Positions 24,553 to 39,070 of a DNA stretch of 64,000 nt are shown piece after piece. The notes beneath the pieces were generated by a model. The model did no database searches, was not told where the DNA came from, and was given only the letters and a program-made list of their open reading frames with translations. The position numbers and the translations under genes are program-made. Origin of the DNA: Octopus vulgaris (Eukaryota); contig OX597822.1 in assembly GCA_951406725.2 (NCBI GenBank), positions 63,922,001-63,986,000 of the forward strand. The letters run 5' to 3'. Position 1 is the first letter of the stretch; every line of letters begins with the position of its first letter.

Positions 24553-26334
24553 TTAACTCGAAAAGTAAAGCGGGAAGAAATAATGCTGCTACGCATTTTT
24601 TGTCTGGCATGCTAACGACTCTGCCAGCTCATCACTTTAATAATGATAATGAATACTCAATAATAACAAATGTGAAAGCTTAATAATGATGATGATAATG
24701 ATGGATATTCAATAACAATACTCTTAGGGAGAGTGCTGGAGAAAGAGGGGGAAGAAAGAAGGGACAATGTTAGTGTGTTGTGAGGGAAACCCTTTGTAAA
24801 ATACTAGAATTCTCTTTTCAAAATGGCACGTTAGATTTTCTTTCTTACATTTTTTTTTCCTTCTTAAATTTAACTTTATATAACTGATGTTTTTTTTTTA
24901 CAATTATCAATGTTTCTGAAGTCCTTTACATTATCAATTAGTCAACTACAAAATACTTCACAGCCAGTGGGTGGTCAGTTGGGGGTCTGCTAATTCTAGT
25001 GTCTTATAAGATGTGATGAAATATATGACCTACAGAAGACAGTCGGAAAAACATCAAACTATATAGGAAATTGAATTATATTAGAGAAAATCCAGTGAAG
25101 CAATGATCTGTGACATTTACAGTTCAGTTCCAGCGGCATCATGCCAAAGATGCCACAGATCATGGTTCACTAGAAATGTCAAGTTGGTAGAAGCACCTAT
25201 TATTATTATCATTATTATTATCATCATTATTATTATTATTATTGTTAAGCAGGGAAGAATTGGGATATGAATACATCTCAGTTGGACTGGTCTTCTAAGA
25301 GTCACACCACCACCATTCAGAGTGTAGGCACACACACACACACGCACATACTCATATATTAATACAATAGGTGTGTATACATTCATATACGCAAATCAAT
25401 GCATATATGAATATACACAAAATTGAACTAAAAATACCTCCTCCTCCATTACACAAAACAATATATACGTTGATACATGCATACATAAATACAGGACTAC
25501 ATACAAAATGACACGATGTGTGTGAGTATTTGTGTGTGTGTGTGTGTGTATCTATATGTGTATCAATATGCGCAGGTACAATAACTTAAATCAATAACAG
25601 TACTTCATTGAAAGGGCAAGCCTTAAAGTTTAACTCTCGTGTCTCCTTAATGAATTATAAAGGACAGGAAGGGAAGGATAGCTAAAAATATGTAGTAGTA
25701 TGTATACTGTTACATGCTTCCATGAACCAGACTGAATTTGTTGAGGTAGATTTAGATTTCTAAGGCAGGGTACTCTTCCTGTTGCCAACTTTTACCTGTT
25801 TCCAAGCAAGGCAATGTTTTTGCATGGAAGACAGGAAATGAAAAACCTTGCTTGTATGATGATGATGAAGATGCTCAATTTTCAACCATCACGATATCTA
25901 GACAAGGGTATACATAATCACGCAAACACACACACGTGCGTGTGCAACAGGCTTCTTTCAGTTTTCATAACCAAATCCACTCGGAAGCCTTTGGTTAGCC
26001 CAAGACTATAGAAGAAGACACATGTCCAAAGTGCTGTGCAATGAAACTGAACCCAAGACCCCACAGTTGGGATGCAAGCTTCTCAACCACACAGCCACAG
26101 CTCTCTCTCTCTCTCTCTCTGTACGTTCATATATTTACATACATATACATATACGAACACACACACACACATATATATATACATACAAATGTAGAAGTCT
26201 AGTTTATATATATGAGTCAAACTCCTTGGAAACTCTGAGTTTCAAGCGTGTTGCAGTTTGAATGAAACTGTTCTGATCCGTATATGTAATTCCCAATAAA
26301 TGTGTTGAGTGCCCTTCTTTCATTTGTCTACTCA

Positions 26335-26393
<59 letters not shown>

Positions 26394-26718
26394 GTAAATG
26401 GAATTTTGTCAGTGAACAGGTCGCGGTCTCAAAGCAATGAAAATATTTTGGCAAATTAAATCTAAATGTTGAAGTGAATCTAACGGTTTTTGTGTGTTTC
26501 TTAAATGGCTTATAAACACCTTCCACACTGCAATTGCTTTCATTCCAGCACACGATCTCAGATCAGGTCACTTGCTATGCAAGTACATCTTTGTAATATA
26601 TGTATGGTCAAATTGAATATTGAAACTTGAACAAGTGAACATTAAAAATAGCAATAACAAAAAGGAAAATGCCCAGGAAAAGAGGAAAGAAGAGTAGGTA
26701 TGTGTGCGTGTATATACA

Positions 26719-27089
26719 CGAGCAAAACGCCCCCCCCCTCCAATGGACGGTGCTGAGTTGTCAAACATTTAAACCAAATTTTCTCAAAATAACTTGTCCG
26801 ACTGTCCCATAGGCCTCCCCTTTGAGAAACACTTATTTAACTTAAATTTGAGACACCAGCAAAAGAAGAAATAAAGATAGACTTTTTTTCTATTCCAAAG
26901 AAAAACGATTTTATTCACTTTATCGATCGCATTCTCACCTGGAATCGATTTTTGTAATTTTTTCAAGATTTATACACGCCCTGATACCGTCTGTATCTAC
27001 ACATCAAATTTGAGCGCAATCAGATGGAGGATGCCCGAGATCCTAGAAGACACACACACAGACAGACAGAACGGATTTTATTTTATAGA
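26719..27089 (-). mobile_element. Non-autonomous Helitron-like element
   Basis: Minus-strand A|TC start and (CTGT)n/(GT)n microsatellite near the 5' end. The 3' end is CTCG|T after a degenerate hairpin. Second copy at 55239-55592. Confidence 0.6.
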
Positions 27090-27667
27090 TATACATATAG
27101 GGAAAGAGAGAGAGGGAGAGAGAACCTGATGGAGAAGGTGAGGCAGGTAAACAGGTAGATAGGCAGAGGTGAGATAAACAGAAAGCAAAAAGAAAAGAAA
27201 TTACTAGATAGCTATTTTGATGAAAATCATTGCTGCACAATTTTTGATCATCACTGTTTAGTTGTACAATAAACAGAGAGAATGATTACAGCATAAGAAC
27301 ATGGAGTAGAACAAGCAGCACTCAACCACCGACAACAATTACAACAACAAGAACAAACAGCAGTATCCTGAAAGCCTTCCACTCACCTACCCACCCACAG
27401 TTAATATGGTCGCTGCAAAATTACAATCTGTGCTAAATAGATAAAAATGTTCTAATTAAATATATTTTTGGGACATAATGTTGACAGATACAAATAGCAG
27501 AGACACCATCTTGAAGACGTTATTGAATCAAATTAATGTTTTTTACTACAGCTGTTTTAGCTTAATATAGTCGTTTTAGTTCAATACTGGGTCACTAGTG
27601 CTGTTCATAATTTCTAGTTTACTGTTAAGGTTTAGTTAGTTCACTTCTGGTTTAGTAATCAACACTA

Positions 27668-27898
27668 GTGGAACCACATGGCTTAGTGGTTAGGGTGTTG
27701 GACTTGTGATCGTAAGACTGTGGTTTCGATTCTTGGGCCGGGCGATGTGTTGTGTTCTTGTGCAAAATATTTCATTTCCTGTTGCTCCAGGCCACTCAGG
27801 TGGCAAAAATGAGTAATCTTGTGACGGATCAGTGTTCCATCCAGGTGGGGAAACTGGGAAACTGGCCCTTATGAGTTGGCATGGCTTGAGAAGGTAAC
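27668..27898 (+). mobile_element. SINE family 3b
   Basis: Homologous to 5290-5520. Confidence 0.72.
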
Positions 27899-29309
27899 TT
27901 CACTTTTACTTACAACACTTGATGATGAATGTAAAGAGAAACTGTTCAAACAGTACCATTTTGGTTTGTCAAGGATGTTCCCCTTGCTAAATAACTAGCT
28001 GTGTGTGAGCATGAGCACATGTGTAGTAAGAGTTTGTACATGTGACACAAAACTTTGGTACCTCAAATCATTTATGTAGCTCTGAAGCTAAATATTAAAG
28101 AAAAATGGTTAGTTCGTATTACTCCAGAAGGAACATAGGGTTTGTTTCCTGGTTTCTGTGGCATATATATATATATATATATATATAGTTTTTTTATTTA
28201 CCGGGTGGGAAGGGGCCCATTCCCCATTTTTTCAGGAGGGGGTAGTCACAACAAGACACACACCAAACATTCCATTCATTTCTCAGCTCAAAGAGGCAAG
28301 CCCCATTCTATGCTCGGGTCAAGGCATAGAACGCAACCCCTAATATCAGCAGCGGGGCCTGACAACATATGCTGGTTCTGCACCCCTTTGAGCAACATCA
28401 AATCCACTCATCTGTCCACAAACACTCTCCAAGCTTTATATATATATATGTGTGTGTGTGTGTATGTTTGTGTATCTATGTTTGTCCTCTCCCCAACATC
28501 GTTTGACAACCGATGCTGGTGTGTTTACGTCCCCGTAACTTAGCAGTTCGGCAAAAAGAGACCGATAGAATAAGTACTAGGCTCACAAAGGCGGTGCTCC
28601 AGCATCGTCACAGTCAAATAACCGAAACAAGTAAAAGGGAGTGATTAAAACGAAAGTCATTTTAGGCAACGAGTTAATGCTGTCTTTGGCTTGCTTTCTA
28701 ATTAAATTTTTTATGCTCCCTGCATTAAGTATGCTGACACTAACTTCACTAATTACAGCAGTAATTTAGCTTTCTACTACAGCTGTTTGGTTCCCAAAGA
28801 CATCCTCCAACAAAAACACAAACACACACACACAGAAAAGTACATACTCCACTGTACCTTGCCCCTGTACACTTCTCTACCTTCGCCCTCATAACAAAAC
28901 CCCACCCTGTGCCAACCTGGAGTTGACATAAAAGACGCTAGCAAATGGTTATATGCTTATATGTCGTTCCCCCACTCTCTCTCTCTCTCTATTCACAACC
29001 AGCTCTGTTCTCAGAACAGGTTTAATGCACAAGTCTAAGCTGGCTGGCATCACTGTAATTAATCAAGAGAACATGCATCTCTGATGAGACTGCACTCACA
29101 GTTTAGCATAAAGTCTTTTTGTTGTGTTTCGCTTCCATTACAGCTGCAATATTATATTAAACTGCAAAGATAGTGGAGATAACAAGACATTGACGGATGT
29201 GTTAAATACATGAGAGAGAGAGAGAGAGAGAGAGAGAGACTAGGGAGTAAGCAAGAAAGAAATCACTTGGTAGAGAGACGGATGGATATATACATATATA
29301 TATATATGT

Positions 29310-29669
29310 GGAGGCGCAATGGCCCAGTGGTTAGGGTAGCGGACTTGCGGTTTCGATTCCCAGACCAGGAGGTTGTGAAGTGTCCTAAAGTTCCACGAGG
29401 CTCCAGCAGTGGGGGTGGGGTGGCGAGCCCTGCTGTACTCTTTCACCACCACTTTCTCTCACTCTTTCTTCCTGTTTCTGTTGTACTAGTATTTCAAAGG
29501 GCCAGCCTTCTCACACTCTGTGTCATGTTCAATCTCCCTGAGAACTATGTTAAGGGTACAATGTGTCTTGGAGTGCTCAGCCAGCCACTTGCACGTTGAT
29601 TTCATGAGCAGGTTGTTCTGTTGATTGGATTAACTGGAACCCTTGACGTCGTAACCGACGGAGTGCCAC
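29310..29669 (+). mobile_element. SINE family 2
   Basis: Homologous to 20811-21185, with small head deletions. Confidence 0.85.
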
Positions 29670-29672
29670 GAT

Positions 29673-29720
<48 letters not shown>

Positions 29721-30432
29721 CATATCATCATTTGCTGTCCACTTTCCATGCTGGCATGGGTTGGACAGTTCGACTGAGCACTTGCAAGTCAGAAGGCTGC
29801 ACCAGGCTCTAATCTGATCTGGCAGAGTTTCTACAGCCAGATGCCCTTCCTAACACTAACCGTTCTGAGATTTTAGTGAGTGCTTTTTATGTGCCACCAG
29901 CACGATGGCCAGTCAGGTGGTGCTGGCGTCGACCACACTTGAATAGTATTTTTTACATGCCACTGGCACGATATCTAGCATGATAGACAGATAAAGACAC
30001 AGAGTTTATATAAATATTTAGTTTATATATCTAGGCATAGTTGTGTGGTAAGGTGTTTGCTTTTCAACTACATGGTTCTGGGTTCATTCCCACTGCATGG
30101 CATTTTCAGTAAGTGTCTTCTATTATAGTATTGGGGAAACCAAAGCCTTGTGAGTGGATTTGGTAGATGGAAACTGAAAGAAGCCCATCATGTATGTGCT
30201 TGCATGTATGTGTATGTGTGTGTTAGTGCAGAAAGATGCAACTCTATGCAGGTCCATTCCATTGTCAATATCTTCAAACAGAAGAAATGGAAATTTCACA
30301 TTAACAGGAATTGTGGAGTATTGACACAATACTTATGACAAACACATATATATATGGATATACATACATATGTGTGCATGTATATGTATTACACACACAC
30401 ACGCACACACACACAAATGTATTTATGCCACT

Positions 30433-30573
30433 CAGGGGTTTGAAATTTTAATAACTCCCAATTAAATTAACTTTAAATGATAATTATGTGTATGTGAGTC
30501 TGAATATACACACTGTTAATTATTTAAAATCTAATTCAGTGTAATCGGAGGCTATGAGAATTTCAAATCCCTT
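30433..30573. repeat. Degenerate ~32-bp inverted repeats (old MITE)
   Basis: caggggtttgaaattttaataactcccaatta versus the reverse complement of taatcggaggctatgagaatttcaaatcccttg. Confidence 0.55.
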
Positions 30574-31266
30574 GCCTAATTTAATTAGCTCTCATATGTG
30601 TGCATGTGTGTGTGTGTGTGTGTGAGTGTGAGTATATATATATATATATATTCTTTTATATGCTTCAGCCTTGAGGCTGTGGCTATGCTGGGACACACAC
30701 ATGCACACAAACACACGCACACAGATATATATAATGGGGCTGGGGGTGCGACATGGCTAAATAGTTAGGAGACTGTTCACTAGCAATAGTAAAGTCCTGG
30801 GTTCAATCTCACTCCTTGGCATCTTATGCAAGTGCCCTACACCACAGCACCCCAATAAAACCAAGCCTTGTGTGTTGAATTTCAATGAATGGAAATTGTG
30901 CAGAAGCCCATCAGATAGATGGTTTGCGCCTATGAAAGTCACTGATTCTGTCTGAAGATTAATTCATGGATGCATGTGTATGCTGAACTGCTAAGTTATG
31001 AGGATGTAAACACACCAACACTGGCCGTGGTGGGGAATAAATACATACATAGAGACACATACACACAATGAAGGAAGAGCCAATATACTTTTACTTGTCT
31101 ATACAAACCTATCTATATACACCCAGTGATACAATATCCGTCTGTCAGTCTCCCTTATATGTCTATCATTCTTTACGGGTCTATAAAGGTATGATTGCCA
31201 GCTGTATCATGTACCGATTCCTGCATCTTCTTATGCCAGCCTGTCTGTATGTCTGATTTGTGTGTA

Positions 31267-31289
<23 letters not shown>

Positions 31290-31297
<8 letters not shown>

Positions 31298-31435
31298 CTG
31301 CCTGTCAATCTACAGTGGGTTTATATACGTCTGGTAAACAGTGAATGTGTATGCATGTTGGTGCATGTGTATGTGCCTGTCTACTACCTACAGTGGGTTT
31401 ATACGTGTCTGGTAAACAGTGAATGTGTATGTATG

Positions 31436-31450
<15 letters not shown>
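31290..31450. repeat. 78-bp tandem duplication
   Basis: ctacagtgggtttata...ctggtaaacagtgaatgtgtatg occurs at 31310 and 31388. Confidence 0.85.
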
Positions 31451-31482
<32 letters not shown>

Positions 31483-34412
31483 ATGTGTGTGTGTGTTTCT
31501 ATCTATCCAGCACAGTGGAGCAGTGGTGTCTGCATCAAAGAGACAGACATTGAGGTATGCAAATCTATACAATTGTCAACATCTTTGTCATGATGATGTA
31601 ACTACTGCTCCTGGCATAAAGACGTTTGGAAGCGGGGTGGGAGCAGAGGCAGCTCTTCTAGTAGTGATGCTGGTGATGGCAGCGGCGGAGGTGGCGGTGG
31701 GGAAAGGGAAGCACTTTAGCAAGGAATGTTGCATGGGTGAATGTGGAAGGAGAGAAATGAAACGGGGGAAAGGAATACGAGAAAGTAAATGTAAAAATCA
31801 GTACTGAAAGAGGAAAATGGAAATGAAAGAACAGAGGTAAGAATGATGATTGCGGTGAAGTAGTGATGGTAATATTGAAAATAGTGCAGTGGCAGTAACA
31901 ATGATGATGTAGTGACAATCATCATCACCATCAGTATCAACCGCCCTCATCGTGCCAGTTTTGCAATCCCTGCCTACCACCACCACGGTCTATGTTTTAC
32001 ATATACCATGACCCTTGGTCTCAACACCTGCCGCACTCATTTGACATCTTTATACTTTGACCTTCATTAGAAATAAGTGCAAGAACCACTGGACCCATTT
32101 GAACTTAGTAAAAACCTTCAATGCAAATCCACAGTTCGAAAAGAGAAAAGCACAAACTGGCCTTCCTGGATGTGTTTAACTCATTAGTGCCTAAGTTTTT
32201 TTTCTTTAATTTATTACCAAAAATCTTTTTTTTTTAGAGCATGCTATATTTGAGCGAAATTACTGTCAAAGACTTTCTTGACTCTGTAGGACAGTTAGAA
32301 GAATTATGTATACTATATACATATAGGCACAGGAGTGGCTGTGTGGTAAGTAGCTAGGCGCAGGAATGGCGGCTGTGTGGTAAGTAGCTTGCTTACGAAC
32401 CACATGGTTCCGGTTTCAGTCCCACTATGTGGCACCTTGGGCAAGTGTCTTCTACTATAGCCTCGGGCCAACCAAAGCCTTGTGAATGTATATATATTTG
32501 GACAATTATGCACATTTTGTTTTCTTAACCACTGAGCAAAGCTCATTAGAGACCCCCCTCTCCTTTTCCCTGCCCCATGTATACAGGGTGCAGCAGAAAG
32601 ACCAGATTTACCATGATGGTGATAGAAAAATTGCTCCCCCCCCCCCCCAAAGTTATTATTATGGGTTGAAGCAGTATATACAGTATGTTTGCTGATGAAA
32701 TGCTTAAACAGGAGTGCAGAACCTGACATCCTTTTGTTTGCTGCTCTCAGTAATAACATAAGATGATGAGGATTAAAAAGACTCTGTATCATAAGAATTG
32801 TCCCTGTGTGTGTGTATGCATGTGTATGTATTGAAGTATGTGTGTGTGTGTGTGTGTATACACAAGTGTCTGATGAACGGAAACGTGAAACTGAGTAACA
32901 GTCTTGTGATAATATTGCAGCTTCAATACGCGCACGCACACAAACACACACACACCACACCACACAACTCGTGCTAGTAGTCCAACCCATGCTAGCATGA
33001 AACATTGATGATGATGATGATGGTGATGACTGTGTTTGTCTGTGTGCGTTTGTCTCTGCCAATCTATGATATGGACACCGAAACTACACACACACACACA
33101 CACACATACACACACACAGACACATGAAAGTACATACACATTCATGTATGTATGTGTATGTATATATGTACATACATATATACACACACACACATATATA
33201 CATATACACACACATATATACATATACACACACATATGCACAAATATACATATACACACACATATGCACATGCCTATACACTCATACATACACACATACA
33301 TCCATTCACACATATATATGCTTACATACATAACATAGACACACACACACACGCACATTTCCTCACACACGCACATATGCACACACATAAAAATAACACG
33401 TGATCTAAGCAAAAACTTCTGATTACACAGGTATACACACACACACTAGGATTCAGAACACGCACACACATTCATATACACAGGGGCCCAGAACATACAC
33501 ACACGTGCACACAATGTACAGTTTCATGCACAAACACACACACACACATGTACAGTGTCCCACAAACACAAACACACACACAAATACACATACACCGCAG
33601 ACAGTCTTGTAAAGGAATCTCTTCCAGTTGATTAAAAGCAGGTAAAAAAGTACAGCCACGATCAGTTGTTTTGAATGTCAAACACCATCCAAAGCACCAG
33701 CAGCCCCCCCCCCCCCCCCGCAAGCATAAGACTTCTTCTCCATTGTCTTTCAGTCACCTCCTCAACAACAATCCACTTGACATTTAGGATATTTCCAGCT
33801 TGACAAACTTTATTTCATCATCGGTTCACCTCAAACTGAAGGGCCTGACTTTGTGAGTACGCGCATATCTGAGTGTGTATGTAAAAAAAAAATATATGTA
33901 TATATAAAAAGAAAAATGCACACATACATATATGTGTGTGCGTGTATATATATATATATATACAAGATTCAAATGAACAACTATGTCTGTTTCTTTGTAT
34001 ATATGTATGTATGTATGTATAGCTAACAACAATGTGTGATTGCTATAGTTAAAAATAGTTAACTTAGTACAAAGTGAATGGCAATTATTTTCAGTCAATA
34101 TGATTACTAAATAGGGTGAGGAAGGAAGAAAACCAAATCTTGGAAAAACCTCTCAAATCCTTGCAACCAGTGAGTTGCGTTAGGCTCCAATTGTCTGTTT
34201 TGGAATGGTTTCTATGTCTTGATGCACTTCCTAATGCAAACCATCTTACAGAGATATTGGTGTTTTTTTTTTTTATGTGGTATGGCAATGGGTGTTTTTT
34301 AAGAGACACCCAAACATGGATACTAAATGATGACAATGACAGCTATACCTGTGTTTGCCATATATGCATGTGTGTGTGTGTCTCTCTCTCTTATATATAT
34401 ATATATATACCT

Positions 34413-34691
34413 GTGAAGGTGCATGGCTCAGTGGTTAGAGTGTCGAGCTTACGATCATGAGGTTGTGAATTAGAATCCCGGACCGGGTTACGTATTGTGT
34501 TCTTGAGCAAGGCACTTTATTTCACATTGCTCCAGTTCACTCAGCTGTAGAAATGAGTTGTGACGTCACAGGTGCCGAACTGTATCAACCTTTGCCTTTC
34601 CCTTGGATAACACTGGTGGCGTGGAGAGGGGAGGCCAGTATGATAACTTTCTAGGTGCAATTCCATGGTCAGTCATGACCAAAGGGGGTCT
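34413..34691 (+). mobile_element. SINE family 3a (internally deleted tail)
   Basis: A-box tggctcagtggtt. Homologous to 9735-10030. Confidence 0.75.
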
Positions 34692-34981
34692 CAGCTTATA
34701 AGTGCTAGTGCTATGCGAACACACCTGTGCTGGTGGCATGTAACAGGTAGCCAGCACATTATATGTAGTATTAAGACAGTTATGTATCTATACAAATAAT
34801 TTGGCTAAATTTGATGGGTGAGCGTATTGGCCCAATAGAATGTGCAAGGAACCATGTAAGCATTGATTTGTGGGTTCAATTCTGGCCTGGGTTAGTTCAT
34901 CATTTTTCAGTCAATCGTTAGGATGTCACTTTAAATTGGAGTGTATATATCATGTTATTATATAGTTATTATTGTGTTTAT

Positions 34982-35380
34982 TCTTTTACTCTCTTTACTC
35001 TTTTACTTGTTTCAGTCATTTGACTGCAGCCATGCTGGAGCACTGCCTTTAGTCGAGCAAATCAACCCCAGGACTTATTCTTTGTAAGCCCAGTACTTAT
35101 TCTATTGGTGTCTTTTTAACCGAACTGCCACGTTACGGGGATGTAAACACACCAGCATCGGTTGTCAAGGGATGTTGGGAGGACAAATACAGACATAAAC
35201 ACATATATACATATACACGATGGACTTCTTTCAGTTTCCGTCTACCAAATCCACTCACAAGGCTTTGGTTGGCCCGAGGCTATAGTAGAAGACACTTGCC
35301 CAATGTGCCATGCAGTGGGGCTAAACCCGGAACCATGTGGTTGGTAAGCAAGCTACTTACCACACAGCCACTCTTGCACC
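34982..35380 (-). mobile_element. SINE family 1
   Basis: Full-length reverse copy. Confidence 0.87.
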
Positions 35381-35426
<46 letters not shown>

Positions 35427-35433
35427 TGTGTGC

Positions 35434-35465
<32 letters not shown>

Positions 35466-36782
35466 GCATATGTGTGTGTATGTATATATATGTATATAGC
35501 ATGTACGTGTGGATATCTCCATGTGGTTGTGGTATGCGCAATAGCTTGCATACTAATGTGCATATGCACTGAGTGTCTTAGCAATAGATGGGTGCGCAGT
35601 CGACATTTTTGTACATGCATGTGCAGACATGAATGCTTGTGCCCATGTATGTACATGTGCGGAGGTTTGCATGTGCCGTGCATGTGCGTGACTTGTATGC
35701 ATGTGTTTTGTTGCAGCAGAATTCGCTGAATGTAGGATAACTAATTTCAAATTAAGATGTTTTTTAATATTTAATTTAGGAAGAAAATTAGGAAAATATT
35801 GGAGCTTACGTCTACAGTCCATATACACACCACATCTAAGTGTTTGCGTATGTGTGTATAAATGTTCGTAGATACATATGTGTGTGCATGTGTATGTTTC
35901 TCACTATGTAACATATATATATATATATATACGTATGTATGAATTTTAAACACACATACGAATGCTTATATATAATTGATATCTGCATGTGTATTTATTT
36001 ATAAATATATATATATATATTACATACATACATAAACGGATATATATTTACACGTGTATATACACAAACATATTAAATACATATATACATACATCAATAT
36101 TTAAAAAAAGAAAATGTAATCATTCAAACACACACACACACACCATTTGATTTGACACAGTCAAGGAAGGAGGGGGCAGAGAAAGAGAGAGAGGGGGAGG
36201 AGGGAGATGGGGATGTGCGGGTGAGTACAGAGTGGAAACATGTCTTTAAAGCAATATTAATGATTAAGAGATTAATCAGATATTTTACATTGCTGAAAAA
36301 GTGTGTGTGTGTGTGTGTGGTGCTGGTGGAGGGGGTAGTGTGTAAGCGTATGTGCTTGTGTGTGTAGGGGGAGGTTGACAGTGGGGTGGCAGTGAGGGTA
36401 ATGTTAGGTAGTCCAATAGAATAGATAAGGTGGTAGTGGTGGTGGTGTCGTCGATGGTGGCGTGAGGATTGGGGTATTAAGGGTGGTTTACATGATAAGG
36501 TCGTTGTTGTTGATGATGATGATGATGATCGCGGGGTGGGTTTAGGTGTAGGTGGCGCTGGTTGTAATGTGGTTGTGTATCAAGGGGGGTCCGGGTTGTG
36601 TAGCAGGTTGCTTAGATAAGGGCATTTAAAAGGCAGAAAACAGAACATTTGAAGATTAGTAGTGGGGGATGGGTGGTGGTGGGGTGGGAAGGTGTTGGCA
36701 TGGGGTGGTTAGCTGGGTAGGTGAGTGGGTGTATCAGAAAAGGGTTGCATAATACATATGTATATTTCTATGTGTGTGTGTG

Positions 36783-36845
<63 letters not shown>

Positions 36846-37092
36846 ATATATATGTGTGTGTGTGTGTGACAGAGTGGAGAAGTAGTGGGAGGAGAAAGAG
36901 AAGATAGCTATGGGCAACGTGGAGTGGGAAGTGCTTTTAATAAAAGAGTCAGATCTGCAAGACTGAGACAGTCAAATTCCTGATAGATAAGTGCATCTGT
37001 CGTGCATGTGTGTGTGTGTGTGTGTTTGTGCATGCATGTATTGAGTAATATATGTAGGTTTGTATGTGTGTGTTTGTGAAGAACTGTGTCTC

Positions 37093-37142
<50 letters not shown>

Positions 37143-37144
37143 AT

Positions 37145-37360
37145 ATAAGGAACTGTGTGCATGTGTGTGTGTGAAGGCACTGGTTACATTATTTAACATA
37201 TGTATCTATAATGTGTGTATGTGTGTGTGTATGTATGTATGTGTGTGTATATATATATATATATATAAGGAACTGTGTGCATGTGTGTGTGTGTGTTAAG
37301 GCACTGGTTACGTTATTTAACATATGTATCTATAATGTGTGTATGTGTGTGTGTATGTAT

Positions 37361-37400
<40 letters not shown>
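37145..37400. repeat. 120-bp tandem duplication embedded in TA/TG microsatellites
   Basis: aggaactgtgtgcatg...aaggcactggttac...tatctataatg occurs at 37148 and 37268. Confidence 0.85.
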
Positions 37401-37401
<1 letters not shown>

Positions 37402-37406
37402 CACAC

Positions 37407-37453
<47 letters not shown>

Positions 37454-39070
37454 CGTACATACATACACACACATGAAGACATGTGCAAGTTGGTGAGAAA
37501 CACAAAGTGTTACAGGGTGGGTGCATAAAACAAACCGGGTGGGGAAAAGGTGGGAATGAAAGAGGTGTGGCAGAGTGCGGCGGGGGGGGGGAGATAGGGA
37601 GTTAGCAGCGTGTGTAAGTGGGTGTGGGGGGGGTGTTTGGGTGGCAGATGATGCTGTGGCCTGGGCAGGCGGGGTGGGGTGGGTGTTTGCTGTAAAAGAC
37701 AAAAGAGTCTGCAAGAGATTCGGAAGTGAAAGAATGGCAAGGACCTCCTGGAATGTTAGCAAGGAAGAATCCTATCTGATGGTAAATTCCTGTGGATACA
37801 TCACTGGTGGAACCCTCCCACCCCTATCATACCCACCTCCTCCCGGGGTTTTCATGGCGATCATCATCATCATCATCATCATCACCAGCAGCAGCAGTGG
37901 CAGTGGCAGCTACATCTTCAGCAGCAGACAAAACAATAATATTATGTCTGCTCTAGTCTCTTAACTGAATCATAACTGTCAACACCACCACCAGCACCAG
38001 CACCACCACCCTTATTGTTTAAACATCATCATCACCACCACTACCACAATCATAACCAACATCACTAACATTATTGAGCTATTAAGAAGGAGAGAGAAGA
38101 AGGAAAAGAGGGAGAGAGAGAGAGAGAGAGTGGGAGGAGAAAAAGGGGAAAGAAAGAGAGAGATTAAGAGTCCGTATTTGATTGCTTGAGCTGCTCAAAA
38201 TAACAGCTAAATTTTCCCCAAATCATATTGTGTTGTTTTATAGAATGAAGGACAAGCTGGATAGTGCCACCTAGGTGTGCTAATAGTGTGCTTGGAAAGA
38301 AATGAAAGGCAAGATGGCCATGGTTAGAATGTCATTGATCACCAAATCTGCTAGATAAGGACTGACCCAGGGCTAAACAAAAACAGCACTATTACAGCCA
38401 CCGACAACTCCAACAGGAGGAGGGCCTCGACATGGTCATTAGATCCATTAGAAATGACAGCTAAATTTCCTTCACATTGCATGCTAACACAGATCTCGCT
38501 CCAAGATGGTGTAAACACTGAGATGAACAGTTGATTGGTACAATAATCTCAGACCCTGATCCTGTATCAATATTTGGACCCTCAAATATATTGGTGTCCA
38601 CCAGAATCATGTGGTTGGGAAGCAAGTTTCTTACCACACAGCCATGTCTATGCCCACTTATTCATATTGTTTTGAATTAATCATGCATTATTTTGTAGCG
38701 TTGAGGTTTTGATGAGGCAACTGTTAATTTTTAGAATAACATTACAGGGTTGGTGTGAGAGGCCAAATCTGGTCACTTTGAATATTTCGGCCAGATCTGG
38801 CAGATTTAAATGCTAAAGAGTTAAGTGACATAATACAAGATACTATCCTGAATGAGCCATGAGATCCATTCAGCAGAGTTAATCCACAGCTGTTACTGGT
38901 ACTCTTTTGGCAGACGAGTGGCCTGGAGAATCTTGAAATAAAGAGCCTTGCTCAAGGACACAAACGTTGCTTAGACAAAGCAAGGAATCAAACCCACAAC
39001 CTCACATTTGTTGCGAACCCAATGCTCTAACTCTTATGCTAACCAACTATAAGCAATATATGGTGGTATC

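Noticed and set aside
26210-26330. GAAACTC-T-GAGTTTC hairpin resembling hammerhead stem III
   Set aside because: No intact CUGANGA box upstream, so it is at most a truncated relic.
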